Origin: Gammaproteobacteria bacterium
Lineage (GTDB): Bacteria > Pseudomonadota > Gammaproteobacteria > UBA4575
Direction of reading: 5' to 3'
DNA: 64,000 nt
NCBI GenBank assembly: GCA_013001685.1
Contig: JABDMD010000184.1
Span: forward strand, 5,139 to 69,138
Shown here: positions 11,511 through 23,800 of the stretch, one piece after another
Numbering within the stretch: position 1 is the stretch's first letter
Layout: each line of letters starts with the position of its first letter
Notes under the pieces: model-generated
Told to the model about the DNA's origin: nothing
Seen by the model: the letters and a program-made list of their open reading frames with translations, nothing else
Databases searched by the model: none
Made by a program: the position numbers and the translations under genes

Positions 11511-13292
11511 ATGCTTCTCGACACACACATCTCTATGCCTAGCCAAGATCCTTTGGCAGAGAATAAATTTTCATTATTACCACGTGAATTACGTAAGTGG
11601 CTAAAAAATCTGCCTTATGTAGACCAAGACTTGGCTGTACAACAATTCTATGATGGATTGAAACGCTCAAATCGTCAAGCACATGCTACCAAGCAAAGAC
11701 TTTCCGCAATAGAAATTATGCGCCCAGCGGCACACGAATTTCTTAAAAGCCAACGTAAATATTTATTGTCGCAACCGTTTCCATTATCAAAAAAAGCTAC
11801 TGAAGTTTTAAAACTACAACAGAATATTCTCAATGAATTGGCAGTAGCTTATAAAATAATTATTCAAGAAACAGTAAACAGAGACAGTCATCTCAGCAAT
11901 AAAAAACTTGTTACTTGTGTACATCATGCAATGTACTACCAGTTAGAGCAATATGTAACGCTCGCACAAGTTTATTCTGAGCCACCAAAAAGCTTTTGGC
12001 AGGATTTATGCCAACTTTATGGTATCGCAGAACATTTCGAATTAACGGGTCTGCAAACTAAAAATGAAATTGATCCAGTGAGCCCCAAGTCTTCACTTGA
12101 AAACTTATTTACACATGCATGCCTATTATCTCTTTCAAATTTACATACTTATGGGCATGGTGAAGCTGGTAAAATTGCAACCTACCTTAGCAGGGCAAGG
12201 CAATTCGTGGTCTTAACAGATAGCTTACCTAGCGGTTGCGAATATACTTATTATATTAACCTCTCGCTTCGTAAACCCGTTCGCCTTATGCCTGACGAAG
12301 AGATTCCGATTTCGTCAAAGAATCGCTATATAGATGCTACAGCACTGATAAATGAATTAAAGGAATCTACGACCCCAGCTCTTAACAATGAGAATGAGTC
12401 AAATTATTTACCGATTGATTTAAGTAAATCTCTAGCCAAACGTTTACTAAAAAAATTAACCAGTAAACCTATTCGATCCTCTAAACGGGCAATTCCTACT
12501 AAAGGCAGATTGCATGTTGTAATGGGCATGCGCGATGCAATTGATATTCTACAATCTAGTCATATCATTGCTAAAGACATACCTGGTTCTGAGGACAAAA
12601 AAACCAACTTAGAGTTAATGCCCATCGACAACTCAAGAATATCTACATTCTTTAATGACAATCATAATGAAGATGAAGATAGTTATCTCGTCTCAAGCTC
12701 GAAAGCTTGGGATTGGGTAGGTCGTGGCAATGTAGTTTCAAAACAGCAAGAAAACGAACCTACTCAGAGAAGCCCAAATAATAATAAGAAAGTTAGCCTT
12801 AACCCTGTCGTACAGACTTGGGATATAAGCAATGCAAGCAAAGGTGGTTACTGTCTTAACTCCAGCAATACTTCCGATTATCAATCACAAGTGGGCGATA
12901 TCATTTTAATTCGGCTCGAAGATAAACCAAACGATGAATGGCGTTTAGGAGTAATACGTTGGATGCAATCTTTATCAGAGCAAGGTGTAAAGATGGGCAT
13001 AGAAATACTACATGGCAATGTTCAAGTACTGAAAGTCATAGAAACGCATCTAAACTCTGAAAATCGCAAAGCATTTGATTACATTCTTCAAGTTACCAAA
13101 AAGACAGCCAGTGGAGTTAATAAAACCATCATTACTCCACCTAATGCTGCAATAAATGGAGACGAGCTAATTGTTCAGCAAAACAACAAACAGCAAAATA
13201 TCGTTTTTCAACACTTGTTAGAACAAACCATTTCCTTTGCCAAATTCTCCTACAGCGAGATGCCTGTTATGCCCAAAGGAGACCGCGATTAA
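11511..13292 (+). CDS. Large PilZ-domain protein, FimW-like c-di-GMP effector candidate
   Basis: 593 aa. The C-terminal about 110 aa resemble a PilZ domain: (D/N)xSxGG motif as NASKGG, then hydrophobic GDIILIRL...WRLGVIRW. It is adjacent to a FimX-like gene, as PA4958-PA4959 are in Pseudomonas. The RxxxR motif is not clearly present. Confidence 0.45.
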   Translation: MLLDTHISMPSQDPLAENKFSLLPRELRKWLKNLPYVDQDLAVQQFYDGLKRSNRQAHATKQRLSAIEIMRPAAHEFLKSQRKYLLSQPFPLSKKATEVLKLQQNILNELAVAYKIIIQETVNRDSHLSNKKLVTCVHHAMYYQLEQYVTLAQVYSEPPKSFWQDLCQLYGIAEHFELTGLQTKNEIDPVSPKSSLENLFTHACLLSLSNLHTYGHGEAGKIATYLSRARQFVVLTDSLPSGCEYTYYINLSLRKPVRLMPDEEIPISSKNRYIDATALINELKESTTPALNNENESNYLPIDLSKSLAKRLLKKLTSKPIRSSKRAIPTKGRLHVVMGMRDAIDILQSSHIIAKDIPGSEDKKTNLELMPIDNSRISTFFNDNHNEDEDSYLVSSSKAWDWVGRGNVVSKQQENEPTQRSPNNNKKVSLNPVVQTWDISNASKGGYCLNSSNTSDYQSQVGDIILIRLEDKPNDEWRLGVIRWMQSLSEQGVKMGIEILHGNVQVLKVIETHLNSENRKAFDYILQVTKKTASGVNKTIITPPNAAINGDELIVQQNNKQQNIVFQHLLEQTISFAKFSYSEMPVMPKGDRD

Positions 13293-13473
13293 ATTATGAT
13301 TAGTTTCTTGAAGTACCTGAAATATCAAGTAATTTACTCATTTCAATGCAGTGGCATACCGTTCAGAAGTGTAAATAAAGGCATTGTCGTCTGCCTGTTG
13401 CATAGCTTGGGCTAGTTGCCAAAATGACCTTTGAAGTCGAAAACCACCTAAAGTACGGAATACTAGAGATATT

Positions 13474-15546
13474 ATGAATCACCCGCTGCAACTCATATTT
13501 GTTGACAGCAGTCCCAATGATGTTGAAGAAATGGTCAGCTCCATTAAAGCATCAGGGATTGCTGTACGCTCGAGAATTGCACAAGATGCGGATGATTTAA
13601 CCAATCTTCTTGGTGAAGCCCAGCCGCATATCATTCTTCACGCACTCGAAAACAACGAAGTAAGCCTTGAGCAAACCGTATCTACAATTAACGGCCGTGC
13701 ACCTGAAATACCAATAATTGCATTAACAAAATCCACAGAAGTGGATCCTGTTACATATATGCAACAGGGCGCTACAACATTAGTAAACAAAAGCAACACT
13801 GAGCATTTGCAATTGGTTGTTAACAGTACAGCCAAAACTCAGTTTCATATTCAGCAACTCAAGGAAGTTGCTGCAAACTACGATGAACTTGAAACCCGTT
13901 GCCAAAAACTTATGGAGAGTTCTCGTGATGCGATATGTTATTTGCATGAAGGCATGCATACTTATGCAAATGAAAAATATATAGAAAAATTTGGCTACAG
14001 CAATAGCGAAGAACTTTATGGTTTATCGATCATGGATTTGATCGCGCCCGATGATCAGGCAAAGATGAAGGATTTGCTAAAAAAGTTTTCTAAATCAAAA
14101 AAAGCTGGCGAAACAATTCTTACATTTAGAAAAGATGGCGATGAAACTTTCCCCGCGAAATTTAGCTACAACGCTGTAAGCATCGCAGGTGAAGAATGCA
14201 TTCAAATTGTAATCCAAAGTGCTGAAGGCGGTGGCGACACTAAAGAGCTTGAAGAGCAACTAAGTTATCTTAGTGAACGTGATGTACATACTGGCTTCTA
14301 CCATCGACGCTCTATCATGGACCAACTTGATGCTGCAGCGAATGCTGCAAAACAAGGCAAGATATCGCAAGCCTTTATTCAAATTGATATTGCGAACTTT
14401 AATGATATTAAAGATAAATTTGGTATTGCTGCAATTGATAAAGTTAGTGGTAATGTAGCTAATGCATTACGCAAGTGCTGCACTGAGAGCGAAACACTTT
14501 CTAAATTAACCGAAGAATCATTTGGCGTACTCACCTCAAACATTGACCCTAAATCATTAAAAACTTTCGGTGCAAATGTTATTAAAAACTTAGGTGAACT
14601 CATGACCACCTCTGGCAGTGATTATATCTCTATTAAGCCTGCAGTAGGTGCTGTGACCATTGACCAATTCACCACTGATGTCCCAGACATACTAAATAAA
14701 GCCAAAAATTGTTGTGACGAAGCTTGGGAAAATGATGCAAATGAAATTGTTATCTACAAGCCAAACGACGCTCAAATGGGAGAACATGAAAAGGATGAAC
14801 GCTGGACACTCAAGTTACGAGAAGCAGTAAAAGAAAACCGATTGGCACTATTGTATCAACCAATAATTAGTTTACATGGCGAACCAGGTGAGCGTTATCA
14901 AATCTATACTGCGCTTCACAATAAAGACAATGAGCTTGTTCCTGCCAGTGAATTTGTTATGCGCATTGAACGGACCGGCTTTGGTAAAATGCTGGATCGT
15001 TGGATAATTTTAAATGCATTGAAGAAATTATCAGAATTACGTACTAAAGGCGCTGATATGCGTTTATTTATCAAATTGAGCTCAAACTCAATTCTGGATA
15101 AAGATCTTCCTGGTTGGCTAGGAGGCCAATTCAAAACCAATAACATTTCACCTAGCTTTGTTTGTTTTGAAATAAAAGAGCAAGTACTAATCTCAAACTT
15201 CAAAGAATCAAAAATATTAGTTAGCGCACTGCAAGATATGAAATCAGAAATTGCAATTGATGCTTTTGGCGCAGGCGATAATCCAGCAAAAATTCTTAAA
15301 GCGATCCCTGCAAACTATGTGAAGATCTGCCATAGCTTGATGTCAGAAGTAAGTGATAATCAGGAAAACCAGAATGCAATACGTGAAATTGCAGAAGCTT
15401 TAAAACCTATGGGTACGAAGGTAATTGCTCAATTTATAGAAGATGCAGACACTCTGTCTATTCTATGGAGCCTTGGTATTAATTACACACAAGGTAATTT
15501 TCTGCAACCTCCAAGTGAAAAACCTAACTACGACTTCTCTTTATAA
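13474..15546 (+). CDS. FimX-like REC-PAS-GGDEF(degenerate)-EAL(degenerate) c-di-GMP receptor
   Basis: 690 aa. N-terminal receiver-like domain, then PAS-like region, then a GGDEF-like region whose signature is replaced (EESFG where GG(D/E)EF is expected). The EAL region begins with YQPI, but the EAL motif is replaced (ERYQIYTAL). This architecture is typical of FimX. Confidence 0.6.
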   Translation: MNHPLQLIFVDSSPNDVEEMVSSIKASGIAVRSRIAQDADDLTNLLGEAQPHIILHALENNEVSLEQTVSTINGRAPEIPIIALTKSTEVDPVTYMQQGATTLVNKSNTEHLQLVVNSTAKTQFHIQQLKEVAANYDELETRCQKLMESSRDAICYLHEGMHTYANEKYIEKFGYSNSEELYGLSIMDLIAPDDQAKMKDLLKKFSKSKKAGETILTFRKDGDETFPAKFSYNAVSIAGEECIQIVIQSAEGGGDTKELEEQLSYLSERDVHTGFYHRRSIMDQLDAAANAAKQGKISQAFIQIDIANFNDIKDKFGIAAIDKVSGNVANALRKCCTESETLSKLTEESFGVLTSNIDPKSLKTFGANVIKNLGELMTTSGSDYISIKPAVGAVTIDQFTTDVPDILNKAKNCCDEAWENDANEIVIYKPNDAQMGEHEKDERWTLKLREAVKENRLALLYQPIISLHGEPGERYQIYTALHNKDNELVPASEFVMRIERTGFGKMLDRWIILNALKKLSELRTKGADMRLFIKLSSNSILDKDLPGWLGGQFKTNNISPSFVCFEIKEQVLISNFKESKILVSALQDMKSEIAIDAFGAGDNPAKILKAIPANYVKICHSLMSEVSDNQENQNAIREIAEALKPMGTKVIAQFIEDADTLSILWSLGINYTQGNFLQPPSEKPNYDFSL

Positions 15547-15570
15547 GTCTTTTTTACATCCTATAAATAA

Positions 15571-15610
15571 GCAGCAAGCATTATTTATTCAATGCTGCCA
15601 TTTTAATGTT
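15571..15610. terminator. Putative bidirectional terminator between convergent fimX-like and htpX
   Basis: GCAGCA ... TGCTGC hairpin (6 bp stem, 16 nt loop) followed by cattttaatgtttt on the plus strand; T/A-rich on both sides. Weak. Confidence 0.3.
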
Positions 15611-15616
15611 TTCCCG

Positions 15617-16501
15617 TTAGGGGTTTCTTAAAGCTGCAATACGATCTTCAAGTGGTGGATGTGTACTAAACAGTTTTCTGAGTCCATCTTTAACACCACC
15701 AGAAATTCCAAATGCCGCAAGTTGCCCTGGCAACTCTTCAGGCTGATGCTGAGCTTTTAAACGCTCTAAAGCTGCAGCCATTTTTTCTCTTCCAGCCAAA
15801 TCAGCACCACCCGCATCAGCACGAAACTCACGCCTGCGTGAATACCAACTTGCAATCATGGAAGCCAATATACCTAAAACAATTTGCGCAATAATACTGA
15901 CAATAAAATATCCAGGACCGAAACCACTTCTAGATTTAAATATAGCTTTATCAACAATAATACCAACGATACGTGATAAGAAAATCACAAAAGTATTCAA
16001 TACTCCTTGAATAAGCCCCATGGTCACCATGTCGCCATTCGCTACATGACTAATCTCATGCGCCATAACTGCTTCCGCTTCATCACGACTCATCGCATTT
16101 AATAAGCCGGTGCTCACCGCAACCATCGCGTTATTACGTCGCATTCCAGTAGCAAAAGCATTGACTTCTGGAGTATCGAATATTCCCACTTCAGGCATTC
16201 CAATGTTGGCTTGTTCTGCTTGATGTTGCACAGTATCCACTAACCATTGTTCTGCCTCATTCGCTGGTTGCTCAATCATATGCACGCCCATAGATCTTTT
16301 AGCTAACCATTTAGACATTGCCAACGAAATAAAAGAGCCACCAAAACCGATAAGCAAAGACATTATAAATAAACCTGTCAGTTGCCCAGACATACCATTC
16401 TGAACAAGGATTTTATCTAGCCCAAAAACTTGTGCAGCGATACCAAGAACTACTATAACTGCGAAATTTGTAGCAATAAGTAAAAAAATTCGTGTACCCA
16501 T
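15617..16501 (-). CDS. htpX: Zn-dependent membrane protease HtpX
   Basis: 294 aa. HEISH zinc motif (MAHEISHV) and M48 family membrane topology. Confidence 0.85.
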   Translation of the reverse strand: MGTRIFLLIATNFAVIVVLGIAAQVFGLDKILVQNGMSGQLTGLFIMSLLIGFGGSFISLAMSKWLAKRSMGVHMIEQPANEAEQWLVDTVQHQAEQANIGMPEVGIFDTPEVNAFATGMRRNNAMVAVSTGLLNAMSRDEAEAVMAHEISHVANGDMVTMGLIQGVLNTFVIFLSRIVGIIVDKAIFKSRSGFGPGYFIVSIIAQIVLGILASMIASWYSRRREFRADAGGADLAGREKMAAALERLKAQHQPEELPGQLAAFGISGGVKDGLRKLFSTHPPLEDRIAALRNP

Positions 16502-16582
16502 TAGAAAACCCTCATAAATCTATAGAAAACCACCTAAACATAATTTACGTCTTTTAAACTATACATAGTAGAAACATAAACC

Positions 16583-18850
16583 TTACTCTTCATCTTCCTC
16601 GAAATGCACCTCTATTGCATCGATAGAGCGATAACCTTGAGAAAGCTTCAACCCTCTTTGACCACGTTCACCCTCAAAAGTGTCAATCTCAGCAGCTTTC
16701 ATTTTCTTAGTGCGTTTACCCGAATATAAGGTGATCTCTTCACCATCCTGGACTAGTGCTATGGCACGCATTGATTCTTCACCAGTGACGACTTTCTTAC
16801 TTGGTATATTAATAATTTTATTACCTTTGCCTTTTGGTAAAATCGGCACGTCACTTAAAGGGATAACCAACATATTCCCTTCAGAACCTATAGATACTAC
16901 CCAATCTTCTTCAACATCCCGCACAAGTACTGGTGCTAGCGCTTGTGCACCCTTAGGTACAGACAGCAAAGCTTTACCTGCACGGTTGCGGGTAAACATA
17001 TCCTCAAGTTTTCCGACAAAACCATAACCAGCACTACTAGCTAAAAGATAATAGTCACTTGGGTCACCCATCATAACCCCAACAAACACCGCACCATCAG
17101 CAGGTTTTAGCTTGCCACTTAAAGGCTCGCCTTGGCCACGCGCAGAAGGTAGCGTATGCGCTGGCAAGGAATAGCAGCGTCCTCTCGAATCAAGAAACAT
17201 AGCGTTTTGATTGGATTTGCCATGAGCATGCGTTTGATAGGCATCCCCAGACTTATAATTAAGCTCACGGGCATCAACGTCTGTGCCTTTAGCAGCTCTT
17301 ACCCATCCTTTTTGCGACAATACAACAGTGATCGCTTCCGATGGTACTAACTTAGATTCGTCAATAGCCGTTGCCGAATCGCGCTTAACCAGTTTAGATC
17401 GGCGTTCGTCACCAAACTCTTCTGCGTCTTGTTTAAGTTCTTTTTTAACTAAAGTTTTTAGCCGTGCGCTTGAGCCTAAAGTTTGTTCAAGCGATTTGCG
17501 CTCCTCACTTAGTTCTTTTTGCTCTGCCTTAATTTTTATCTCTTCAATCTTTGCTAAATTACGCAATCTTAAATTCAATATAAATTCAGCTTGCTCTTCG
17601 CTTAATTTGAACTTTTTAATTAATTTTGCTTTCGGATCATCTTCAGTTCTAATAATCTTGATTACTGCATCAATGTTTAGATACGCAATCAACAAACCTT
17701 CTAATTCATGCAAACGTTTGGCAACTTTATCTAAGCGCCATTGCAATCTTCTCTTTACAGTCTCTGTTCTGAAAGTCAGCCACTCTTTTAAAATATCGCG
17801 TAAGTTTTTAACCTGAGGACGCCCATCAATACCGATTACATTTAAATTGACCCGATAATTACGCTCTAGGTCTGTAGTTGCGAATAGATGAGACATTAAT
17901 TCATCCGCATTAATGCGATTACTTCGTGGGAACACCACAATGCGTGTTGGATTTTCATGGTCAGACTCATCCTGAACATCTTGCACCATGGGTAATTTTT
18001 TCGCATGAATAAGCTCACCCACCTGTTGCTGAAACTTTGTTCCAGATACTTGATATGGCAATGCGGTAATTACAATATTCCCATCTTCTTTTTGATAACA
18101 AGCCCGCATACGCACTGACCCGTTACCGGTTTCGTAAATTTGTTTAATTTCTTTTGGATCCGAAATAATTTCTGCATCAGTAGGATAATCAGGTCCTTTA
18201 ACAAATTTACAAAGATCACGCACTGTTGCTTTAGGATTATCGAGCAAGTGGATGCAAGCATTAACCACTTCATTTATATTGTGAGGCGGAATATCAGTAG
18301 ACATACCCACCGCAATACCCATACCTCCATTTAACAAGACATTTGGCAATCGCGCCGGTAATACTAAGGGTTCAGTTGTAGTCCCATCATAGTTCGGCAC
18401 CCATTCTGCCGTGCCTTGATCCAACTCCTGCAATAAAGCTTTAGCATATTTTGTCAGCCGCGATTCTGTATAACGCATCGCAGCAAAAGATTTAGGATCG
18501 TCTGTTGAGCCCCAATTACCTTGCCCATCAATTAGCGGATAACGATATGAAAAAGATTGCGCCATCAACACCATTGCTTCATAGCAAGCACTATCACCAT
18601 GCGGGTGATATTTACCAAGCACATCACCAACCGTGCGAGCAGATTTCTTATGTTTGGATACTGCAGACAAACCCAGTTCTGACATAGCGTAGATAATTCT
18701 GCGCTGTACCGGCTTCAAGCCATCACCGATATTAGGCAAAGCTCGATCAAGAATGACGTACATGGAATATTCTAAGTATGCCTTTTCTGCAAACTCTTGG
18801 ATGGGAAGTTTTTCAACTGGATCAAAATCCATTTCTAAGTTGTCACTCAT
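16583..18850 (-). CDS. parC: DNA topoisomerase IV subunit A
   Basis: 755 aa GyrA/ParC N-terminus ([19 protein letters not shown], active-site Tyr region). Its length and position next to parE indicate ParC. Confidence 0.85.
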   Translation of the reverse strand: MSDNLEMDFDPVEKLPIQEFAEKAYLEYSMYVILDRALPNIGDGLKPVQRRIIYAMSELGLSAVSKHKKSARTVGDVLGKYHPHGDSACYEAMVLMAQSFSYRYPLIDGQGNWGSTDDPKSFAAMRYTESRLTKYAKALLQELDQGTAEWVPNYDGTTTEPLVLPARLPNVLLNGGMGIAVGMSTDIPPHNINEVVNACIHLLDNPKATVRDLCKFVKGPDYPTDAEIISDPKEIKQIYETGNGSVRMRACYQKEDGNIVITALPYQVSGTKFQQQVGELIHAKKLPMVQDVQDESDHENPTRIVVFPRSNRINADELMSHLFATTDLERNYRVNLNVIGIDGRPQVKNLRDILKEWLTFRTETVKRRLQWRLDKVAKRLHELEGLLIAYLNIDAVIKIIRTEDDPKAKLIKKFKLSEEQAEFILNLRLRNLAKIEEIKIKAEQKELSEERKSLEQTLGSSARLKTLVKKELKQDAEEFGDERRSKLVKRDSATAIDESKLVPSEAITVVLSQKGWVRAAKGTDVDARELNYKSGDAYQTHAHGKSNQNAMFLDSRGRCYSLPAHTLPSARGQGEPLSGKLKPADGAVFVGVMMGDPSDYYLLASSAGYGFVGKLEDMFTRNRAGKALLSVPKGAQALAPVLVRDVEEDWVVSIGSEGNMLVIPLSDVPILPKGKGNKIINIPSKKVVTGEESMRAIALVQDGEEITLYSGKRTKKMKAAEIDTFEGERGQRGLKLSQGYRSIDAIEVHFEEDEE

Positions 18851-18853
18851 AGC

Positions 18854-20740
18854 TTAAATTCGTACCAAATTTCCATTTTTCTCTAACCAAACTTTTCGAT
18901 CTGCCGCACGTTTTTTTGCTAACAACATATCAATCAATATAAATGTTTTCTTTTCATCAGTTAACGTCAATTGAACAAGCCGACGGGTATCAATTGCCAT
19001 TGTAGATTCTCTTAATTGCATAGGATCCATCTCACCCAAGCCTTTAAATCTAGTGGTAGTAACCTTGCCAGTTTTATTTTCCGCCTTTATACGATCCAAT
19101 ACACCACGTTGCTCTTCGTCATCTAAGGCATAAAATACTTCTTTACCGACATCGATTCGATATAGTGGCGGCATAGCCATATACACGTGCCCTGCTTCAA
19201 CCAAAGTTTGAAAATGTTGTAAAAACAATGCACACAATAAAGTCGCAATGTGCAAGCCATCTGAATCCGCATCAGCAAGCACGCAAACTTTTCCATAACG
19301 CAGACCTGATAAATCCGAGCTACCCGGCTCAATCCCTATTGCCACTGAAATATCATGCACCTCTTGTGACGCTAGCACTTGATCTGATGACACCTCCCAA
19401 GTATTTAGAATTTTCCCACGCAACGGCATAATTGCCTGATACACTCGGTCTCGTGCTTGCTTGGCAGAGCCTCCTGCAGAATCACCTTCCACTAGAAATA
19501 ACTCTGTACGCGATAGATCTTCTGAGGTGCAATCAGCAAGCTTCCCCGGCAATGCTGGACCACTGGCTATTTTTTTGCGAACAACTTTTTTACTTTTTCT
19601 TAAACGTGATTCTGCGTTACTAATCGCAAGCTGGGCAATTTGCTCACCTGATTCTGCATTTTGATTCAGCCAGTGACCAAATGAATCTTTTGCCACCCCA
19701 GCAACAAACACTGCTGTTTCTCGTGAACTTAAACGCTCTTTAGTTTGACCTGCGAATTGTGGTTCTTTGATTTTTACCGACAACACATAACAAAGCCTTT
19801 CCCATACATCTTCAGGTGTGAGTTTGACCCCGCGCGGTAATAATTTTCGAAACTCACAAAACTCACGCAGCGCTTCGGTTAACCCGGTTCTTAAACCTGA
19901 AACATGTGTACCACCTTGTGCAGTTGGTACGAGGTTTACATAACTTTCTTTTAAGCCTTCACCTTCCTCTAACAGCCAAGTGATCGCCCATTCAACCGCT
20001 TCTTCTTCGCCTTCGAAACGTTCACAAAATGAATCCTGCGGAATGTGCTCAATACCCTCAATTGACTCTAATAAATAATCTTTCAGACCATCTTCAAAAC
20101 ACCATTCATATTTTTTCTTATTAACCTGGTCATCAAAACTAATTTGTAACCCTGGACAAAGAATTGCCTTGGCGCGCATGGTGTGTAGTAATTTTGATAC
20201 TGAAAACTTATCACTCTCAAAATATTTAGTATCCGGCCAAAACCGGATAGTGGTTCCAGTATTTCTTTGTCCAACCGACCCAACTACTTCCAGTTTCGAA
20301 CTTTTTACGCCACCCTTAAAAGCCATATTGTATTCTTTGCCACCTCTACGAACCCAGATCTCAAGGTTTTTCGACAAAGCATTCACTACAGACACACCTA
20401 CACCATGCAGTCCACCAGAGAATGAATAATTTTTATTAGAAAATTTCCCCCCCGAATGCAAAGTGCTGAGAATGACTTCTACACCGGGCAACTTTAGCTT
20501 AGGGTGTTTATCGACAGGCATACCGCGTCCGTCATCAGCAACTTCAAGTGAACCATCTTTATATAATTTGATATCAATAGACTTTGCATACCCTGATATC
20601 GCTTCATCAACACTATTATCGATTACCTCATGCGCCAAGTGATTAGGGCGAGTAGTATCGGTATACATTCCTGGACGTTTACGAACCGGGTCCAAGCCAC
20701 TCAATACTTCAATATCTGAAGCGTTATATTTTCCTGCCAT
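18854..20740 (-). CDS. parE: DNA topoisomerase IV subunit B
   Basis: 628 aa GHKL ATPase plus TOPRIM. N-terminus NASDIEVLSGLDPVRKRPGMYT is typical of GyrB/ParE. Confidence 0.85.
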   Translation of the reverse strand: MAGKYNASDIEVLSGLDPVRKRPGMYTDTTRPNHLAHEVIDNSVDEAISGYAKSIDIKLYKDGSLEVADDGRGMPVDKHPKLKLPGVEVILSTLHSGGKFSNKNYSFSGGLHGVGVSVVNALSKNLEIWVRRGGKEYNMAFKGGVKSSKLEVVGSVGQRNTGTTIRFWPDTKYFESDKFSVSKLLHTMRAKAILCPGLQISFDDQVNKKKYEWCFEDGLKDYLLESIEGIEHIPQDSFCERFEGEEEAVEWAITWLLEEGEGLKESYVNLVPTAQGGTHVSGLRTGLTEALREFCEFRKLLPRGVKLTPEDVWERLCYVLSVKIKEPQFAGQTKERLSSRETAVFVAGVAKDSFGHWLNQNAESGEQIAQLAISNAESRLRKSKKVVRKKIASGPALPGKLADCTSEDLSRTELFLVEGDSAGGSAKQARDRVYQAIMPLRGKILNTWEVSSDQVLASQEVHDISVAIGIEPGSSDLSGLRYGKVCVLADADSDGLHIATLLCALFLQHFQTLVEAGHVYMAMPPLYRIDVGKEVFYALDDEEQRGVLDRIKAENKTGKVTTTRFKGLGEMDPMQLRESTMAIDTRRLVQLTLTDEKKTFILIDMLLAKKRAADRKVWLEKNGNLVRI

Positions 20741-20827
20741 CTATATTTCCAAAGTTAAGCTTATTTTTTATTTACTACATACATTTAAATAATTGTAGGA
20801 ATGAAACTTCAACAGTATGCTAACTGA

Positions 20828-23800
20828 ATGGCCTACCAAAAATCTAATTTGGCAAAATCAAACCAGACCATAGCCGATAAGACCGCACTCGCTATCAATC
20901 CTGAGGCGAATATCGCTGTATTTGCATCTGCCGGTAGCGGTAAAACTCATCTCCTAGTTCATCGAATCCTAAAACTGCTACTTAGTGATGTAGATCCCTC
21001 ACAAATTCTTGCTATCACATTCACACGTAAAGCCGCGGCTGAAATGCAGGAACGTTTGATGAAAGTTTTAGCTGAATGGGCCACTGCAGATGATACGCAA
21101 GTAAAAACTACCCTACAAAGTCTTTCTCATCCAAATGATGCCGCAAGCATAGCAAAGACCAGGAAACTATATGAAGAATTATTATTTTCTGAATATGAGA
21201 TTCGCATCACCACGTTTCACGCATTTTGTCAGGATATCTTAAAAAGATTTGCTATACATGCAGGTGTACCTGCTGGTTTTCGAGTTACCGAAACTAATGA
21301 TGAACTCAAACAAGAAGCACGCAAGCGATTACTCAAAGCCGCAAATCATAAAAACAAGCAATTAAGCGATGCTCTTTTCACTTTGCTGCAACACTGCAGC
21401 ACCGTCAACAACGTAAATGAAGTGCTTGACACCTTTATCAATTCAAGAAGTGATTGGTTGAGTTTTACTGAAAACCAAAACGACCCTGTTGGATATGCCG
21501 AACTATGTCTAAACAGGCTGATATTTCCTCCTCAAACTGGGAAAAATCAAAATCCAAGCGACTTAATACCAGCTTTACATGAATACTTATCTTATATTTC
21601 AGCTCATAAAACTAAAACCTATCAGTCTTATTGCGAACTGTTGTCTGCATTCGTAGTACAAACACAGCCAGAAAAAGAGCAGCTCGATATCATATTGCCA
21701 GTATTTTTTACCAGAAAAATGGAAAAGCGAGAGATCAAGACAAGCAAAAGTTTGGAAAAAAGCCTTGGTGCCGACAAAACCCAAGCTTTTATCTCTTTGC
21801 ATGATGCTATAAGCGAGCAAATTACGAATTACTTAGACACCATCAAAAAAGAAAAACTTCTTGAGTTCAATCAAGCATGGTTTTATGCAGGACATTATTT
21901 GTTAGATGAATATCAAAAGTTAAAGTTTAGTCAACACACCTTAGATTTTGATGATTTGGAGTGGTATACGTATTTATTACTCAATCAACACGAAAGTGCA
22001 GCTTGGATCCAATACAAACTGGATCAGCGCATTCAACACATTTTAATAGACGAATTTCAGGACACTAACCCGACTCAATGGAATTTAATTTTCCCTCTAT
22101 TAACTGAATTGGCAATCGACTCACATGAAAGCCATCGAAGTTTATTTTTTGTTGGTGATGCAAAACAATCAATCTATGGATTTCGACGTGCCAACTCTGA
22201 ATTACAGCTCACTGCTGCTGAATGGGCTAAAGAAAACTTGAATGCACAATTATTAGAAACTGACGATTCTTATCGCTCATCTCCTGCAATAATAAATTTT
22301 GTAAATAAAATATTCTCGCAACAAGACATTGAGCTAAATAATTTTAACTCCCATAAAGCAGTTCAATCTGATCTGTGGGGTCACGTTCAAGTCAATCAAC
22401 TATGCTATGCAGAAGCTCCAGAAACAGAAAACCAAATACAACTAGGTTTTCGAGATCCTTTACTTAAAGCCAGCGTAAGCATTGAATATGACAGCCATCA
22501 TCTTGAAGGACTACAAGTAGCAAGTAAAATTAGCGAACTAATAGCCGACGCCACACCGATCATGGAGAACCAAAGTCCACGAGCCACTAAATATAGCGAT
22601 ATTATTATCCTTGCCAGGAACCGCACCCATTTAGCGCAACTTGAACATGCATTGCGTGAACAACATATACCCTATAGCAGCATCTATGATGGTGAATTCC
22701 TAAGTCAACTCGAAGTTCAAGATATTCTGTCATTACTAACTTATCTAATTCAATCACACAATGATTTAGCGCTTGCACAAGTATTACGTTCGCCGCTATA
22801 TGGCATGAACGACCAAGACTTAATGGAAATAAGCTGTCAACCTGAAACCTCTTGGCATGAAAAACTAAAATCCTATGCACAAACATCTAAAAGTATTTTA
22901 GCCAAACAAGCTTTTGAGCAATTACAAGATTGGCGCAGCATGGCTAACACATTACCGGTTCACGACTTACTAGACCGCATCTATTTTGATACTAACCTGT
23001 TATCACGCTACTCAAATAGCTTGCCAAGCGACTATGCTGGAGGAATAAATTCGCAGGTTCTAGATAACCTAACTGCACTACTACAACTAAGTTTAGATTT
23101 AGATGCAGGCAGATATTCAAGTATCCAGTCTTTCTTAAGCTCGTTACAGAATAAGCAAGTAAGCAATACATCTTTCTGTACTAAACCAACTGACAATGAT
23201 AACGCTGTTAAAATAATGACCATACATTCAGCAAAAGGTCTTGAGGCGCCAGTAGTATTTCTTGTAGACACGGGTCCTAAAAAACCTCAATTGAATACTT
23301 ATAAACCTATAATTAATTGGCCATCTGATGCGCGTCGGCCAGAGCAATTTTTCCTACTTGGACGAAAAGATAGTGTAGACAAAACTACTCAATCAATTAT
23401 TGACCAGCAATTAACAACAAATTGGAAAGAAGAGCTAAATTTATTATACGTAGCGCTTACACGCGCGAAACAATATTTATTCATCACTGGAACTGCATCA
23501 AAACAAACTGCAACAAAGTCTTGGCACTCTATTATTAGTGACGCGCTCAGTGAAAACTTTAAAGACTTAAGTAGCGAAAGCTGGCATGCAGAGCATGGTT
23601 TACCACCATCAATTAAATCTCAGGAATCCAAACAGATTGATAAAAGCATAGCAATGGACTTTGATCTCAGTAAACCATTCACAACGCAAGAAATTACTAA
23701 TGACGACGCCGAGCAAACAGGCCCAGAAAACGTAGAGCATGCTAATTATGGAACACTCGTACACAAAGTTTTTGAACTTATTGAACAAAAACATTCGCAA

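Noticed and set aside
17283-17816. 177 aa plus-strand ORF antisense to parC, and similar antisense ORFs at 16680-17027, 30363-30758, 14379-14609, 33801-34106, 60684-60950 and 61882-62085
   Set aside because: All are embedded in strongly supported housekeeping genes on the other strand. No start context and no recognisable product.
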